A stretch of 63,031 bases of DNA, counting the filler, from Octopus bimaculoides (lineage: Eukaryota), in NCBI RefSeq assembly GCF_001194135.2. It is 6 parts of 6 records of this genome, joined end to end, with 100 filler letters (N's around TTAATTAATTAA, not from the genome) between each part and the next. Parts side by side here need not be neighbours in the genome. Positions count along the whole stretch, not along the records: positions 58,227 to 63,031 come from NC_068984.1; 5 more parts are not named here. One strand, 5' to 3'. Below are positions 61,006 through 63,031 of this stretch, one piece after another. The position numbers and the translations under genes were made by a program. A model generated the notes under the pieces. It was not told the DNA's origin and made no database searches. It worked only from the letters and a program-made list of their open reading frames with translations. How positions within the stretch are numbered: position 1 is the stretch's first letter; each line of letters begins with the position of its first letter.

Positions 61006-62459
61006 GAACTTAAAGATAATTCAAGAAATAAATATTTGCAAGGCGAAAATTCTTAGGACCCCTTTCTACCCTCATGAAGTTCAAAACCAAACAATAAGAA
61101 AATCTGCTTAATTTTTTTGTTCGAATTCGTTGTAGTTCACCGCTCGGTTTGCTTTGGTTTAATTTGTACACTTATTCCTCTCTATATTTATTTATTTGTC
61201 CAAATTTGTTATAGTTTTCAAACCAGAAGAAAGACAAGTTATTAATGAAACATCGAGAACGAGAAACATTTTGTGCTCAGTTCATCGAAGATAGTAATAT
61301 TACAGATGAAAATTTTAAGAAATATAAAAATCGCACAGATCCTAATTCTAAAGGGCATTACTTTGTATTTATGAAATACGATTTAGTTGTTAAGTTTTCA
61401 TTTTTTTAAATTACGTATTTTATGTATTGTCGTATGTTATAGGAGTTTATAATTCAATGAAACAGACGATAGATGTGTAAAGATTGTATCTTAGGTGAGG
61501 ATTGTGAAACAAAAGGTTGTTGAATGAGTAATATCTTTATTCATCAATGTTTATTTATTTTAATGTAATTATATATTTACGCATTTATTCATTTTTATTT
61601 ACTAATTTATTTTTATTTTAGTTTCGAAAGATGTATTTTTTAAATATTTTACTGAATCGAAAAATGTAACAAGTATCAAAAGAAAGGAAAAATAAAAGGA
61701 AAATTTCAGAGTGAGATACATATAAATTATGAATATTTAATCGAGAATATTTGATTTTCACGTATATTATTTCACATCAACGTTAAAATATAAGCCACAG
61801 CTAACCCAACCCTCATTTTAAGGAAAGACTGATCGTATGATGGACCATAACCGTATGTACACTCGAGACGGTATTGAGTGCTTACTCTTTTATTTTATCT
61901 CTCTGTCTCTCGACTGGACGACGACTGTCTGAATATATAGACTAATCAATGGAACTAACTTCTAAAGTGCTCATAGCAAGGGATACACTAAAACCATCAT
62001 CTTTACCGTTTTTTTCATTTGCATTCCTAAAGGAAACTCTTCCTTCCTGTAAGGAGATAAACACCTTTCACATAATCGTCTGTGTTCATATATAGGTGGA
62101 GTTATCCAAATTAAGCTCGTACAAATTTATTCATTAACGCCATGACGAAATGATTATGGGTCTTTCATTATATAATCAATATTATATAATCGATGACACG
62201 TTGTCATTGCTCGTATGTTTTGCAACTAATTAAATGCTTTATTAACCATTTGTTGTTGAAACAATGGTAACTGCGGAATAAATGTAATACCAACTCCTCC
62301 ATTCTTCGCTTATTATTTCATACTATGAGACTGCAGGAAATTTGCTGAATTTTAAATTTGTATGGAATAAATACTTCTACTGAAAATTGTTCCTTTCTAT
62401 ACATTCTGTTAGCCGGTATTTGCAGGGGTAGTGACTGACGTAAGTGCCTGTACTCCGGA

Positions 62460-63031
62460 ATCCCTCTCATGTTATTAGAATGAAAGATGAGCGATTGTCA
62501 AGGCGTCTTTTTTATGATGAGCTCGACTCTGACTCTGGAAAACCAACCACAACATTCACCGAGGAAAAGGTATAAAGACTGTATGCAGGAAAACCTGAAT
62601 AAAAGAAGATATGAACAAAAGTGATTGGGAAATTGATGTTCTGGATCGGAACAAGTGAAGAGGTGCCGTTAGGACTCATTGCAACGCCTGGGAGTAAAAG
62701 ATGATTCAGTATTCTGAGGTTAAAAGGGCCTGTCAGAAAGGAACAATTAGAACTGAAGAATCATATGAAGTCACATGAAAATGGTAATGCCCAGGTAGGT
62801 AATAATCTTGAACTCCGACCGCCTCTTACGACTTGTGTCATATGTTAAAACACTTGTAAGATAATATCTGGACTTAAAAGGCATATGCTAGTTCACAAAA
62901 ACATTCCTACAGAATCAGATTCCAAAGGGCAAAGTTATAGAAGAAACTTGAACAATATCTGTCACTAATGTTTTAAACCCTGTCAGACAGCAGCTGGTCT
63001 TAAAAATCATCTGAGGGTTCATCAATGGGGG
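62460..63031 (+). mobile_element. RTE LINE 3' region with several C2H2 fingers, decayed
   Basis: HVIRMKDERLSRRLFYDEL, PRKRYKDCMQENL, then LKNHMKSH, CVIC*NTCKIISGLKRHMLVH and CH*CFKPCQTAAGLKNHLRVH. Confidence 0.82.

Overview
Repeat-dense eukaryotic (animal) genomic DNA from a gappy short-read assembly. The SINE families, microsatellite load and LINE content look cephalopod (octopus-like); this rests on recalled repeat consensus sequences, not a database search. No host gene could be named with confidence, and nearly all ORFs in the track are microsatellite or N-gap artefacts. Supported content: (i) about 40 copies or fragments of four tRNA-derived SINE families; (ii) decayed non-LTR elements of the R4/Dong (RLE), RTE, CR1/L2-like and Tx1/L1-like clades; (iii) a Penelope-like element (PLE) 3' end; (iv) a mariner transposase pseudogene and two MITE families; (v) a CpG-depleted domain at about 44.6-58.1 kb that probably marks a methylated gene body, with several low-confidence candidate exons and two CpG-rich promoter-like islands (38.7 kb, 59.9-60.1 kb). 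Most interesting: several minimal hammerhead-ribozyme (HHR) motifs. One lies in a PLE terminal repeat downstream of a tRNA-like Pol III promoter, three belong to a family with a non-canonical position 6, and two form a 124-bp back-to-back palindrome. An R4-like LINE family also appears to insert into (CATA)n microsatellites, including the one in its own 3' UTR. Coordinates of decayed repeats are approximate (about +/-10 nt).
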